Below, piece by piece: positions 8,665-19,117 of a stretch of 53,311 nucleotides of DNA. This DNA is from an uncultured Candidatus Saccharibacteria bacterium (GTDB lineage Bacteria > Patescibacteriota > Minisyncoccia > Phycocordibacterales > Phycocordibacteraceae). The notes under the pieces are model-generated. The model searched no databases and had not been told where the DNA came from. It was given only the letters and a program-made list of their open reading frames with translations. Numbering within the stretch: position 1 is the first letter of the stretch; each line of letters opens with the position of its first letter. The DNA is taken from positions 1 to 53,311 of the forward strand of contig CAZCLC010000003.1 in assembly GCA_964499455.1 (NCBI GenBank), given 5' to 3'. Made by a program: the position numbers and the translations under genes.

Positions 8665-11045
8665 GTTTTTCGATAATATTGCTGAAGTGTACCCCATGTA
8701 TCTCCTGTTTTTATTTCAGTACGAAGCTCTATTCCTTTTGATTGTTCTTTTGTAAGTACGGTTTCCATAGTGTGTGCAATAATAGCAATAATTTCTTCCA
8801 TTTTTGTGATGGAGACTTCATATACAAGCTCGTCATGTACTTGTAACAAAAGATGTGTGTTTGTCTCAAGATTCTTTTTTGATAAAGTATTCTGTACGCG
8901 TATCATTGCTATCTTTATAATGTCAGCCTGAGTACCCTGTATTGGCGCATTAATTGCCATACGTTCCGCTTGTGCCCGCACATATGGTAATGAGGACCGT
9001 ATCTCTGGAAAATAACGACGCCGACCAAATAATGTTTCAGTATATCCGTCTTTACGTGCTGTTTCTTTCGTGTTTTCAAGATATTGTGCCAATTGATTAA
9101 ATTCTTTAAAATATCTTTGATAGAAATCGCGCGCTTCATCAAGTGATGTACCGATTTGTTGCTTAAGTGCCTGCACACCCATACCATAAAGAATGCCAAA
9201 ATTTATTATTTTTGCTTTTCTGCGCATGTCATCATCAACTTCATCAAGTGATACATGAAAGACACGTGCTGCAATTTCTTTATGTACATCACGATCAGTA
9301 TGAAAAATGGAAAGCATTTTTTCATCACCTGATAGGATTGCTGCTATTCGTAATTCAATCTGTGAATAATCTAATCCTACAAAGACATAGGAATGTGAAG
9401 CAATAAACATATTACGAATTGAAGCTGCACGCTGACCATGGTTTGGAATATTTTGAAGATTTGGATTATGAGATGCCATTCGTCCAGTAGAAGTACCCGC
9501 CTGTAAAAAACTTGTATGTAGCCGATGATTAGCATCAAGCATCGCGGGTAAATTATCAATATACGTTGATAAAAGTTTTTGTATCTCACGATACTCAAGA
9601 ATAGTATCAATAATCGTGTGTTGTTTACGAATCTTTTGTAATTCAGATTGGCGTGTTGAGCGATGCCCTGCGCTGGTACGCTTTTGTCTTTTTGCTAATA
9701 AATGAAGTTCGTCGAATAGTACTACACTAAGTTGTTGTGGAGAATTTATATTGAAAATATGTCCTGCTACTTTATATATTTGTTTTTCCAACACAGCAAG
9801 TTCTTTGTGATATTTTTTTGAAAGCATTGTACATAATGTTGTGTCAATAAGAATGCCGCGTTGTTCCATATTTTCAATTATTGGAATGAGTGGTTTTTCT
9901 ATTTCTTTATATATATCTGCAAGACGTCCTATTTGTTCAATATTTTTGATAAGGCTTTTATATGCTTGTGCAAAAGTTTGTTGTTTTGTGTATGCAAGAA
10001 TATCTTCGAGTGTTGGATTAGTTATTTCAGATGAGAGTAACCAAAGCATAATTTGTGCCTGAGTAAAATGTGCTGCAGAGAACTTCTCAATTGACTTATC
10101 AGTTTGTGTTGTCAAAGAATCATTATTACCAAACACTGTATATATACGATTAACAAGTGATTGAAATCCAAACTTTTGCATAAAATTTATTATTGTATCA
10201 AGATGTACACTTACATTCCATGGTGTTTTTGGAAGTGAAAAGACAATTGGTGCGTCAGTACGTATAACAGCGAGAGCTTTTGAAAAAACTGCATCATCTT
10301 CATGTTCTTTTAATAATGAAACTATTCTTGGTTTTATTCCTTTTGATATAAATATTGCTTCGTTTTTTTTAAGACTATCATATATTTGTTCCATATTTCC
10401 AAACAATTGTATCAATATTGTCGCTGTTTTTTCACCTATTCCAGGTATTCCTATAATATTATCAGAAGGATCTCCACGAAGACCTTTCCAATCTGGAATG
10501 TATTTTGGTGGAAAACCAAAACGTTTTTCTACGGCTTTTTCATTATATAAAATAGTATCATTTAGACCTTTTTTAAGTGTATATACTTGTACATTGTCAC
10601 CTGAAACAAGTTGCATTGTGTCCATATCTCCAGATGCAATAATAATATCTATAGAATTATTAAAAAGTTTGTGTACAATTGTACCGATAATATCATCTGC
10701 TTCAAAACCAGCACGATCATAAATTGGAATTGAAAACGCCTTAAAAATATCACGAGAACGAATAATTTGTGCAATCAGTGCGTCGTCAGATTTCTGTCTA
10801 TTTGCTTTATATTGCGCATCAGCCTGATGTCTTATTGTTGGTCCTGGTAAATCATAACAAGCAGCAATATAATCAGGATTTATCTCTTTTATTATATGAA
10901 TAAGCATAGAAATAATTCCATAAAGTGCTCCTGTGGGTTCTCCTGTGGGTCCTGTAAAATCAGGAAGTGCGTGGTATGCACGATGAATTATAGCGTGTGC
11001 GTCAAGTAGAATTAGACGCTTTTTCTTTTTTTTAGTATCAGTCAT
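8661..11045 (-). CDS. polA: DNA polymerase I (5'-3' exonuclease plus polymerase, little or no 3'-5' exonuclease domain)
   Basis: LLDAHAIIHRAYHA, FEADD, GDPSDNIIG, DYSQIELR, AKIINFGILYG, LLQVHDEL. Confidence 0.96.
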   Translation of the reverse strand: MTDTKKKKKRLILLDAHAIIHRAYHALPDFTGPTGEPTGALYGIISMLIHIIKEINPDYIAACYDLPGPTIRHQADAQYKANRQKSDDALIAQIIRSRDIFKAFSIPIYDRAGFEADDIIGTIVHKLFNNSIDIIIASGDMDTMQLVSGDNVQVYTLKKGLNDTILYNEKAVEKRFGFPPKYIPDWKGLRGDPSDNIIGIPGIGEKTATILIQLFGNMEQIYDSLKKNEAIFISKGIKPRIVSLLKEHEDDAVFSKALAVIRTDAPIVFSLPKTPWNVSVHLDTIINFMQKFGFQSLVNRIYTVFGNNDSLTTQTDKSIEKFSAAHFTQAQIMLWLLSSEITNPTLEDILAYTKQQTFAQAYKSLIKNIEQIGRLADIYKEIEKPLIPIIENMEQRGILIDTTLCTMLSKKYHKELAVLEKQIYKVAGHIFNINSPQQLSVVLFDELHLLAKRQKRTSAGHRSTRQSELQKIRKQHTIIDTILEYREIQKLLSTYIDNLPAMLDANHRLHTSFLQAGTSTGRMASHNPNLQNIPNHGQRAASIRNMFIASHSYVFVGLDYSQIELRIAAILSGDEKMLSIFHTDRDVHKEIAARVFHVSLDEVDDDMRRKAKIINFGILYGMGVQALKQQIGTSLDEARDFYQRYFKEFNQLAQYLENTKETARKDGYTETLFGRRRYFPEIRSSLPYVRAQAERMAINAPIQGTQADIIKIAMIRVQNTLSKKNLETNTHLLLQVHDELVYEVSITKMEEIIAIIAHTMETVLTKEQSKGIELRTEIKTGDTWGTLQQYYRKT

Positions 11046-11481
11046 ATTTTATTCGTCGACGTGTTCCTGAAAGTATATTAATCGTAATTCTCATAGAGAT
11101 GTATGGAAGTGTACCTTTTATACGCTCTGGCCACTCAATAAAAATAATGTTGTGAGGTATTGTAAAAAATGTGTCTGACACTATTGTGTGCAACATATGC
11201 GGGTCTTCCAGTCTGTATGCATCAATATGAATTAGATTTATAAATGAATTTACTGTGTTTTGAGAAATATCATATTCTTTCATAAAAACAAATGTCGGGC
11301 TTGTAATATTTGCTTTTACTCCATATTTTCTAAGTACACCGCGAACATACACGGTTTTACCAGCACCAAGATTACCCGAAAGTGTAATTATGGTTGCTTT
11401 TTTAGTTGTCGGGTGACATGTTAATAAAAAACGTGCTGCTTCATGTTCTGTCTCCTCTTCGGTATTTACTAATACTTCCAT
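11038..11481 (-). CDS. tsaE: tRNA t6A37 biosynthesis ATPase TsaE
   Basis: GNLGAGKT, TSPTF, HIDAYRL, IEWPE. Confidence 0.93.
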   Translation of the reverse strand: MEVLVNTEEETEHEAARFLLTCHPTTKKATIITLSGNLGAGKTVYVRGVLRKYGVKANITSPTFVFMKEYDISQNTVNSFINLIHIDAYRLEDPHMLHTIVSDTFFTIPHNIIFIEWPERIKGTLPYISMRITINILSGTRRRIKYD

Positions 11482-11547
11482 ACCACTATTGTATCAGGCA
11501 TACAGATTAGTGGTATAAGAGCTATGTACACGGTATGATATAAATAT

Positions 11548-13218
11548 ATGTCATTATCATTCGACGATTCTAAAGAATCTTCTACGCTCAAAAAAGAGCA
11601 GTTAAAAGAAGAGGAGGATGTACAGCAAATTCTTTCTAAAAAATATGGAATGCAGTATGTTGATTTGTCTATGTTACCGATTGATAATGGTGCGTTACGA
11701 CTAATTGAAGAGAAGAAGGCCATACGCGCACAAGTAGCCGCATTTGCTAAAGCAGGCAAAAGTATTTCGATTGCAATACATAATCCAAATAATGAATACT
11801 TGCACATTGTATTGCGAGACCTTAAAACGCGTGGATATATGATAAAAAAATTTTTAGTATCCGATAGAAGTATTGAAAAAGCGTTATCACGTTACAGTGA
11901 TCTTTCGTTTTCTGCTGAATCAACTGTTGGAGTATTTGACATATCAGCAAATGAGATGTTGAAATTTTCAAAAGAATTGAAAAATATATCTTCAATTCGT
12001 ACACAAATTGAACAACTGGAAATAGAAAAAAATATTGAAAAGGTGTCTAGTCTGCTTGAATATATTCTCGCCGGAGCACTTGCTGTACGTGCTTCTGATA
12101 TCCATTTAGAACCACAAAAAAATGGTATTCGTGTTCGGTTTCGTATTGACGGATTATTAACTGATGTAGCAACAATTGACTTAAAATTATATAAGCTGAT
12201 TGATTCGCGAATAAAAATACTCTCTGGTTTAAAATTAAATATTCGTAATCGTGCACAAGATGGTCGGTTTAGTATTATATTACAAAATAAAGATATCGAG
12301 ATTCGTGTTTCACTTATCCCAAACGCATATGGCGAATCATTTGTATTACGTCTTCTTGACCCAAGTTCAATTCAAGTTTCTTTTGAACAACTTGGTATAC
12401 ATCCAAAACTACTTAAACGCCTTGAGGAAGAAATTACCCGCCCAAACGGTATGTTACTGACTACAGGTCCTACAGGATCAGGTAAAACAACAACACTGTA
12501 TGCATTTCTTAAAAAGATAGTAAAAACTGATATTAAGATAATTACAATAGAAGATCCTATTGAATATCATCTTGATGATATTGTACAAACACAAACAAAC
12601 GCAAAGGTTTATACATTTGCATCAGGACTTCGCTCAATTGTTCGACAAGACCCGGATATTATTATGGTTGGCGAAATAAGAGATAAAGAGACAGCAAAAA
12701 TCGCAATACAGGCTGCGCTAACTGGACATTTTGTGTTCTCAACTCTTCATACAAACAATGCCGCTGGAACATTCCCGCGTTTCGTTAATTTTGGTGTTGA
12801 TCCAAAAGAATTTGCATCTGCAATAACAGTTTCAATGGCACAGCGTTTAGTACGACGTCTTGAACCAAATAATAGAAAGCAGATTCCTTTAACTGATAAA
12901 CAAAAAAAGCTTATAGAGCATGTACTATCAACTATTGAAGATAAAACATTATTACCAATATCTAAGAGTGCATGGGTTCCTAAAATATTGTCAAAAAATA
13001 ATGATGGTTATAAGGGAAGAGTTGGATTATATGAGGCTATTTTCATGGATGATGAAATGGGTATGTTCTTGCGTGACAATCCAAGTGAATCAGATATTGC
13101 AAAAAAGGCACGTAAACAGGGGTATCTTACAATGGCACAAGATGGTATCTTGAAAGCTCTGGCGGGTGAAACTACAATTGAAGAAGTACTTCGCGTTGTT
13201 GATATTAAGAGTGACTAA
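11548..13218 (+). CDS. pilB: GspE/PilB-family type IV pilus assembly ATPase
   Basis: ASDIHLEP, RFRIDG, GPTGSGKTTTLY, TIEDPIEY, RQDPDIIMVGEIRD, TGHFVFSTLHTN, GYKGR. Confidence 0.9.
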   Translation: MSLSFDDSKESSTLKKEQLKEEEDVQQILSKKYGMQYVDLSMLPIDNGALRLIEEKKAIRAQVAAFAKAGKSISIAIHNPNNEYLHIVLRDLKTRGYMIKKFLVSDRSIEKALSRYSDLSFSAESTVGVFDISANEMLKFSKELKNISSIRTQIEQLEIEKNIEKVSSLLEYILAGALAVRASDIHLEPQKNGIRVRFRIDGLLTDVATIDLKLYKLIDSRIKILSGLKLNIRNRAQDGRFSIILQNKDIEIRVSLIPNAYGESFVLRLLDPSSIQVSFEQLGIHPKLLKRLEEEITRPNGMLLTTGPTGSGKTTTLYAFLKKIVKTDIKIITIEDPIEYHLDDIVQTQTNAKVYTFASGLRSIVRQDPDIIMVGEIRDKETAKIAIQAALTGHFVFSTLHTNNAAGTFPRFVNFGVDPKEFASAITVSMAQRLVRRLEPNNRKQIPLTDKQKKLIEHVLSTIEDKTLLPISKSAWVPKILSKNNDGYKGRVGLYEAIFMDDEMGMFLRDNPSESDIAKKARKQGYLTMAQDGILKALAGETTIEEVLRVVDIKSD

Positions 13219-13259
13219 AAACCAAATATTTTAAAATATTTGGTTTTTAGTCACTCTTA
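13206..13259. terminator. 54-bp perfect palindrome overlapping the pilB stop; possible bidirectional terminator
   Basis: TAAGAGTGACTAAAAACCAAATATTTT|AAAATATTTGGTTTTTAGTCACTCTTA with no spacer. Confidence 0.6.
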
Positions 13260-13267
13260 TTCCGTTC

Positions 13268-13408
13268 ATAACCCTCCAAACATTCTTTCTGTTAAGAAAG
13301 GTCAATATATCGCCTGAGGGTACTCCCAGCAAATAAGCGTAACGCTCATAACCAGAAGATCCTTGGGGAAAATATCAATAAGCCGTCAAGCCTTGCTTGG
13401 AGGGTTAT
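13268..13408 (-). ncRNA. Candidate structured ncRNA (possibly 6S-like)
   Basis: Closing stem ATAACCCTCCAA/TTGGAGGGTTAT; inner stems extend by G-U pairs only on the minus strand; TATAAT on minus strand at 13441-13446 upstream and palindrome downstream. Confidence 0.55.
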
Positions 13409-13501
13409 AAATAGAATAAATATACCTCATCAAAAAGTATATTATAAAAGAGCTTACGAACTATGTATTCGTGTGTTAGAATGGTATCACGTTACAATAA
13501 T

Positions 13502-14491
13502 ATGTCAAGTACACTTTCTTCAGATCCAGATAAAATTTTAGATTCAACTCTTAGACCGGAAACATGGAATGAGTATATCGGACAAAAGCAAGTAAAATCA
13601 AATGTCCATATTGTTCTTGAGGCTGCAAAAAAACGTAATGAAGTTCCAGAACATATGCTATTTTACGGTCCACCAGGCGTTGGAAAAACAACATTGGCAC
13701 ATCTTATTGCTAAAACAGTTAATGCTCCATTTAAAAGCACGTCTGGAGTAGCTATTGAACGCGTTAGTGACCTTGCTGCAATCCTTACAAATCTCGAACC
13801 AAATACTGTCTTATTTATTGATGAAATACATCAGCTCTCACATAAAATAGAGGAACTCCTATATCCAGCGCTTGAAAACGGAACACTTGATATTGTTTTG
13901 GGGAAAGGTCCTTCTGCTCGCACAGTTGAATTAACACTTCCACCGTTTATGCTCGTCGGAGCGACAACACGTGTAGCAAAAATCTCTGGACCACTTAGGT
14001 CTCGTTTTAGTGGTGGTGTATACCAGCTTGATTTCTATACTGATGACGACATAGAAAGTATACTCGCGCGCTCAGCGAAATTACTTGGACTATCCATTAT
14101 AAAAGAGGTACTACACAGTATTGCTTCTAGAAGTAGGGCAACACCACGTACTGCAAACACTCTTCTAAAACGAATTCGAGATTTTAGTGAAGTGTATAAT
14201 AAGACGTTTTCCATACTTGTGTGTGATGAGGCTTGTCAACTGTTTGGTGTAGATGAGTTTGGGCTTACAAAAGACGATAGAAGGTATCTAACAACGTTAA
14301 AAAATGGATTCCGTGGTGGGCCTGTTGGTGTACGAGCTCTTGCAGCAACACTTCATGAAGACGTTGAGACACTTGAACAAGTATATGAACCTTTTTTACT
14401 TCGTTTAGGTTTTGTTGAACGTTCACAGCGTGGAAGACTGCTCTCATTAGAAGGAAATATATACCTATCCAATATAAAAAATTTGGTATAA
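13502..14491 (+). CDS. ruvB: Holliday junction branch migration ATPase RuvB
   Basis: LRPETWNEYIGQ, GPPGVGKTT, FIDEIH, GATTR, GGPVG, YEPFL. Confidence 0.96.
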   Translation: MSSTLSSDPDKILDSTLRPETWNEYIGQKQVKSNVHIVLEAAKKRNEVPEHMLFYGPPGVGKTTLAHLIAKTVNAPFKSTSGVAIERVSDLAAILTNLEPNTVLFIDEIHQLSHKIEELLYPALENGTLDIVLGKGPSARTVELTLPPFMLVGATTRVAKISGPLRSRFSGGVYQLDFYTDDDIESILARSAKLLGLSIIKEVLHSIASRSRATPRTANTLLKRIRDFSEVYNKTFSILVCDEACQLFGVDEFGLTKDDRRYLTTLKNGFRGGPVGVRALAATLHEDVETLEQVYEPFLLRLGFVERSQRGRLLSLEGNIYLSNIKNLV

Positions 14492-14511
14492 TATCATATA
14501 TAAATAAAATT

Positions 14512-15072
14512 ATGTCAGGTCATAGTAAGTGGTCACAAATAAAAAGACAAAAAGCGATAACAGACGCCACTAAAAGTAAGGTATTTTCTCGTTTTGCTAG
14601 ACTTATAACTCTTGAATCGAAAAATGCTAGTGGAGATATCGCAGCACCGACACTTAAAGCTGTTATTGACCGTGCAAAAGCAGCAAATATGCCTAAAAAT
14701 AATATTGATAGAGCTGTTGCTAAAGGTATTTCAAAAGATGCCAATTCACTTGAACGAGTTATGTATGAGTGTTATGGTCCGTCGGGTATAGCCATACTCA
14801 TTGATGCACTCACTGATAATAAGAATAGGACAACTCAAGAAATAAAACATTTACTTATTAAACAAGGTATTGAACTTGCTACTCAAGATGCTGCTTCATG
14901 GGCTTTTACAAAAAATAAAGATAATTCATATACACCTAATACGCAAACAATAGTAGAGATATCTGGAAATGATGAGAGAAAAATAGAAGCACTTTTATCT
15001 TTATTAGATGAACATGATGATGTGCAGAATATATACACAAACGCGAATGGTTATGAGAATACTTGCGATTGA
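14512..15072 (+). CDS. yebC: YebC/PmpR-family protein (short form)
   Basis: MSGHSKWSQIK, NMPKNNIDRA, YECYGP, TDNKNRT, DDVQNIYTN. Confidence 0.92.
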   Translation: MSGHSKWSQIKRQKAITDATKSKVFSRFARLITLESKNASGDIAAPTLKAVIDRAKAANMPKNNIDRAVAKGISKDANSLERVMYECYGPSGIAILIDALTDNKNRTTQEIKHLLIKQGIELATQDAASWAFTKNKDNSYTPNTQTIVEISGNDERKIEALLSLLDEHDDVQNIYTNANGYENTCD

Positions 15073-15529
15073 TCCCGGTTTTGATAGGGTAGGAATGGCA
15101 GTAGTTGAAGGTACGGCTTCTAAACCAAAGTTTATATGGAGTGATACTTATATACCACCCACTAAAAAAACTGTAGAACGACTTGCGGCAATTTTTAATT
15201 CAATAGAAATCTCATTGAAAACTTACTCTCCTAATATTTTAGCCATTGAAACACTTTTTTTTAATGTTAATAAAAAAACTGCATTGGGTGTTGCCGAAGC
15301 ACGTGGGGTAATACTTGCTGTTGCTGGAATACACTCTGTTTCCGTAGTTGAATATTCTCCACAAACAATAAAACTTGCTGTTACAGGATATGGTGGTGCA
15401 AAAAAAGATGCTGTTATGAGGATGGTTAAAAAACTTATTGTACTTCCGGAAAAAAACCGTATCGATGATGAGTTTGATGCATTAGCATTAGGTATTACAG
15501 CATTATCAAATAAATATCCACGTGTATAA
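15053..15529 (+). CDS. ruvC: Crossover junction endodeoxyribonuclease RuvC
   Basis: MRILAIDPG, AIETLFF, AEARGV, GYGGAKK, DDEFDALA. Confidence 0.95.
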   Translation: MRILAIDPGFDRVGMAVVEGTASKPKFIWSDTYIPPTKKTVERLAAIFNSIEISLKTYSPNILAIETLFFNVNKKTALGVAEARGVILAVAGIHSVSVVEYSPQTIKLAVTGYGGAKKDAVMRMVKKLIVLPEKNRIDDEFDALALGITALSNKYPRV

Positions 15530-15614
15530 ATAATTCTTATATATTTTAGTGGAAATTAATGATGCTTATTATATTTAAAAAATATAATAGCACTAACATG
15601 ATATTATTATTAAA

Positions 15615-17750
15615 ATGAATTTTAAAACTAAGAAAAAAAGAACTTCCGTTTACACTATTGGACGAGCACGTCCGTTTTTTGTTATTTTTTTATTATTCAT
15701 TGGATTCATTTTTTTTATTGTAGGCGCTGGAGCAATATGGATTGCACTTACACCAACACCAGATATTGCCTCATTTACAAATAGAGAGGTAGTACAGTCA
15801 ATGAAAATATATGATCGCACAGGTAAAGTACTTTTATATGATTATGGAAGAGATATAAAAAGGAGTATTGTACCTATTTCTGATATTTCTATGCCTATAC
15901 AAAGAGCCGTTGTTGCTGTAGAAGACTCAAATTTTTATAGCCACGGTGGTATTCGTTTGTCTTCAATATTAAGGGCAATGTTTGTTGATATGTTTGGTGG
16001 GTCATTTGCACAAGGAGGGTCAACTATTACACAACAAGTAGTAAAAAATACGATTTTAACAGATAAAAAAAGTGTTGTACGAAAAATACATGAGTGGGTG
16101 CTGGCGATAAAACTTGAACAGTATTATTCAAAAAATCAAATATTGGATACTTATCTAAATAATATGCCTTTCGGAGGTACACTATATGGTGTTGAAGCAG
16201 CAAGTGAAGCTTTTTTCCATAAAAATGCCAGTTCTGTTGATTTAGCACAAGCTGCATATCTTGCTGCTCTTCTTCAAGCACCTACATATTATTCTCCATA
16301 TGGACAACATATACAGGCTTTAAAAAATAGAAAAAATTTCGTGTTATGGAGAATGAAAGAAATTGGTTTTATTACTCCACAACAATATACACAAGCATTT
16401 AATGAAAAAGTAATTTTTTATCAGAATAAAAACTCAGGAATAATCGCTCCTCATTTTGTCTTTTATGTTATTAATAAACTTGAAAATAAATACGGTTCAC
16501 AAGCATTAAAATCAGGATTGAAAGTGATCACAACACTTGATGTACCATTACAAGAAAAAATGCAATCTATTGTAACAAATTATGCAAAAGAGAATATGAA
16601 GAAGTTTAATATAAAAAACGAAGCTGCTGTTGCAATAGATCCACATACTGGTCAAATACTTGCAATGATTGGGTCACCGGATTATTTTGATGTAAAAATT
16701 GATGGTAGTTTTAACGATACCATCGCATCTAGGCAACCTGGTTCAACATTTAAACCATTTGTGTATGCTGTGGCGCTTGAAAAAGGATTTACAAGAAACA
16801 CAGTTATTTTTGACCTTCCTACACAATTTTCAACATCATGCTTACCTAAACAAAATACAAATGATATACCTCCATGCTACGCTCCAATAAACTTTGATAA
16901 TAGATTTCGTGGACCGATGACATTTACAACAGCTCTTGCTCAATCAATTAATATACCTGCAGTAAAAGTTCTTTATTTAACAGGTATCCAACCTGTTATT
17001 AATTTAGTAAGGTCAGCCGGATTAACAACTATACAAAACTCATCAAAATATGGTTTATCATTTGCACTTGGAGCAGCTGACGTAAGACTACTTGATATGG
17101 TTGACGCATATGGTGCGTTTGCAACCAGTGGTATACATAATAAAACCACATCAATACTTGAGATTATAAAACATAATGATTCTGTTATAGATAAATATAT
17201 ATATCATCCTATTAGAATTATGCCAGCATCAGTTGCGTATGACATATCAGCTATATTATCTAGTAATACAGCGCGCTATCCAGAATATCCACCTATAAAC
17301 CCGCTTCATTTTCCAGGATATGATGTAGCTGTAAAAACAGGTACTACAAATAAATTCAGAGATGCATGGACTATCGGTTATACACCATCAATTGTAATAG
17401 GTGTATGGGCTGGAAATAATAATAATTCACCAATGGTAAAAAAAATTGCTGGATATCTTGTTGCACCAATGTGGAATGAAATAATGAAGTATGCATTAAC
17501 AATGTATCCTAAAAAATATTTTGGTGAACCTACTGTGATTCCAAATAATATTTCTCCCATATTACGTGGACAATATATTATTCCAAACAAAATAGGTGGT
17601 TACGAGATTCATAATTTATTATATTGGGTTTCGAAAAATAATCCATTAGGAGTACAACCGCATAATCCTTTTATTGACCCACAATATAAATATTGGGAGT
17701 ACCCAATATCGCAATGGATAAAAAATAATAATATTTTACACGCAAAATAA
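15615..17750 (+). CDS. Class A penicillin-binding protein (transglycosylase plus transpeptidase)
   Basis: EDSNFYSHGG, GGSTITQQ, RKIHE; transpeptidase STFK, SIN, KTGTT. Confidence 0.94.
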   Translation: MNFKTKKKRTSVYTIGRARPFFVIFLLFIGFIFFIVGAGAIWIALTPTPDIASFTNREVVQSMKIYDRTGKVLLYDYGRDIKRSIVPISDISMPIQRAVVAVEDSNFYSHGGIRLSSILRAMFVDMFGGSFAQGGSTITQQVVKNTILTDKKSVVRKIHEWVLAIKLEQYYSKNQILDTYLNNMPFGGTLYGVEAASEAFFHKNASSVDLAQAAYLAALLQAPTYYSPYGQHIQALKNRKNFVLWRMKEIGFITPQQYTQAFNEKVIFYQNKNSGIIAPHFVFYVINKLENKYGSQALKSGLKVITTLDVPLQEKMQSIVTNYAKENMKKFNIKNEAAVAIDPHTGQILAMIGSPDYFDVKIDGSFNDTIASRQPGSTFKPFVYAVALEKGFTRNTVIFDLPTQFSTSCLPKQNTNDIPPCYAPINFDNRFRGPMTFTTALAQSINIPAVKVLYLTGIQPVINLVRSAGLTTIQNSSKYGLSFALGAADVRLLDMVDAYGAFATSGIHNKTTSILEIIKHNDSVIDKYIYHPIRIMPASVAYDISAILSSNTARYPEYPPINPLHFPGYDVAVKTGTTNKFRDAWTIGYTPSIVIGVWAGNNNNSPMVKKIAGYLVAPMWNEIMKYALTMYPKKYFGEPTVIPNNISPILRGQYIIPNKIGGYEIHNLLYWVSKNNPLGVQPHNPFIDPQYKYWEYPISQWIKNNNILHAK

Positions 17751-17751
17751 A

Positions 17752-18003
17752 CTAAAAGATAGTTGAAACAACGATTCCGTTTTCTTTCATTTCTTTAAGT
17801 ATAATATTTTCTTGAATATGTATCTCAGTTTTTATAATGGGACTTGTTAAAACAGTAAGTATATTATTATTATATTGTATTGCAGACGCTGATATTTTAA
17901 TTCCTATATTTTTAGAAAGAATATTCGCACAAATATATTGAGTACGTGAAAATTGTATGTATGATTTTTTGTTATTAGATAAAATATCTTCAATTGATTT
18001 CAT
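17752..18003 (-). CDS. Probable DciA/DUF721-like helicase loader
   Basis: 83 aa directly after dnaN; IQYNNNILTVLTSPIIKTEI fits the DciA KH-like pattern. Confidence 0.5.
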   Translation of the reverse strand: MKSIEDILSNNKKSYIQFSRTQYICANILSKNIGIKISASAIQYNNNILTVLTSPIIKTEIHIQENIILKEMKENGIVVSTIF

Positions 18004-18013
18004 ATTTTATGAA

Positions 18014-19117
18014 TTATTGATTCATAGGCATAATAAGGTATAAAAATGAATTATCACCAACACCTTTTATAATAAGTGGTTGACCTATATTATTTGCTTG
18101 AAGTGATATATTTTCTGTTTTAATAAGTGATAATGGTGTCTGAAGATAATGATAATTAAAAGAAAGTTCTATTTGATCTCCTGATATTTTTGCTGGAATA
18201 GAACCTGTTGAGGAACCAGTATCATTATTATGTGATGAAAGTATTATTGATTGTTTCTCTGTATCAAATAAAAGTGTTATTTTTTGAAAAGTATCTGAAA
18301 AAACACTTATATGTTTAAGAAGTGTTTCAAAATCTTTACGTAATATAATTGCATTTTTTATTGTTTGTTTTGGTATGATTTGTTTATAATCTGGATATGT
18401 ACCATTTGTAAGTCTTGTGGTTACAGTGTTACCATCCCATTGAATAGCTAATTGATGCTCATCAATTAGTATTGTAAGTTGTGTGTTTGTTGGTATTGTT
18501 TTTAATATATCTGAGATATTTTTTGCAGGTACAAGAAAAGAAATATTTTGTGGAATGTTAGATGGTATTGGTTGTATTTTTTCAATTAAACGAAAAGAAT
18601 CAGTTGTTACTGTTGTTAATGTGTTAGTTGTGAACGAAAAAAATAAACTCGCAAGTTCTGGACGTATACTTGATGTTGATGCACAAGAAACAGTAGTTTC
18701 AATAGCTGAAGATAATATTTTTCCATCTAATAAAAAATTATTTTTATTAGATGGAAGTGGAATACTTGGAAAATCTTCATGTGAAATTGTTTTTACAATA
18801 CTTTTAATATGATCTGTAGAAATAATTACAGTATCACCTGTTTGTTCAAGTGTTATAACACCATTATTGTTTAATGTTGGTGTTATTTGTTGAATAATAT
18901 TAGCTGGAATAGCGACAACACCATTTTCTTTTATTTTTCCAAAAACTTTAAAATCAGCAGCTATTTCAAGATTATTTGCTCTAAATTTAATCCCATCATC
19001 TCCTGCGATGATAACAATACAAGACAATACAGGTAAACTAATGGAATTTCTCTGTGTAAAGAATATTATCTTATGCACAGCTTCAGAAAATTCTTTTTTT
19101 TCTATTGTTATAAACAT
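18014..19117 (-). CDS. dnaN: DNA polymerase III beta clamp
   Basis: SLPVLS, RPEL, TTDSFRL, GTYPDYKQIIP, YLIMPM; downstream of dnaA. Confidence 0.95.
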   Translation of the reverse strand: MFITIEKKEFSEAVHKIIFFTQRNSISLPVLSCIVIIAGDDGIKFRANNLEIAADFKVFGKIKENGVVAIPANIIQQITPTLNNNGVITLEQTGDTVIISTDHIKSIVKTISHEDFPSIPLPSNKNNFLLDGKILSSAIETTVSCASTSSIRPELASLFFSFTTNTLTTVTTDSFRLIEKIQPIPSNIPQNISFLVPAKNISDILKTIPTNTQLTILIDEHQLAIQWDGNTVTTRLTNGTYPDYKQIIPKQTIKNAIILRKDFETLLKHISVFSDTFQKITLLFDTEKQSIILSSHNNDTGSSTGSIPAKISGDQIELSFNYHYLQTPLSLIKTENISLQANNIGQPLIIKGVGDNSFLYLIMPMNQ

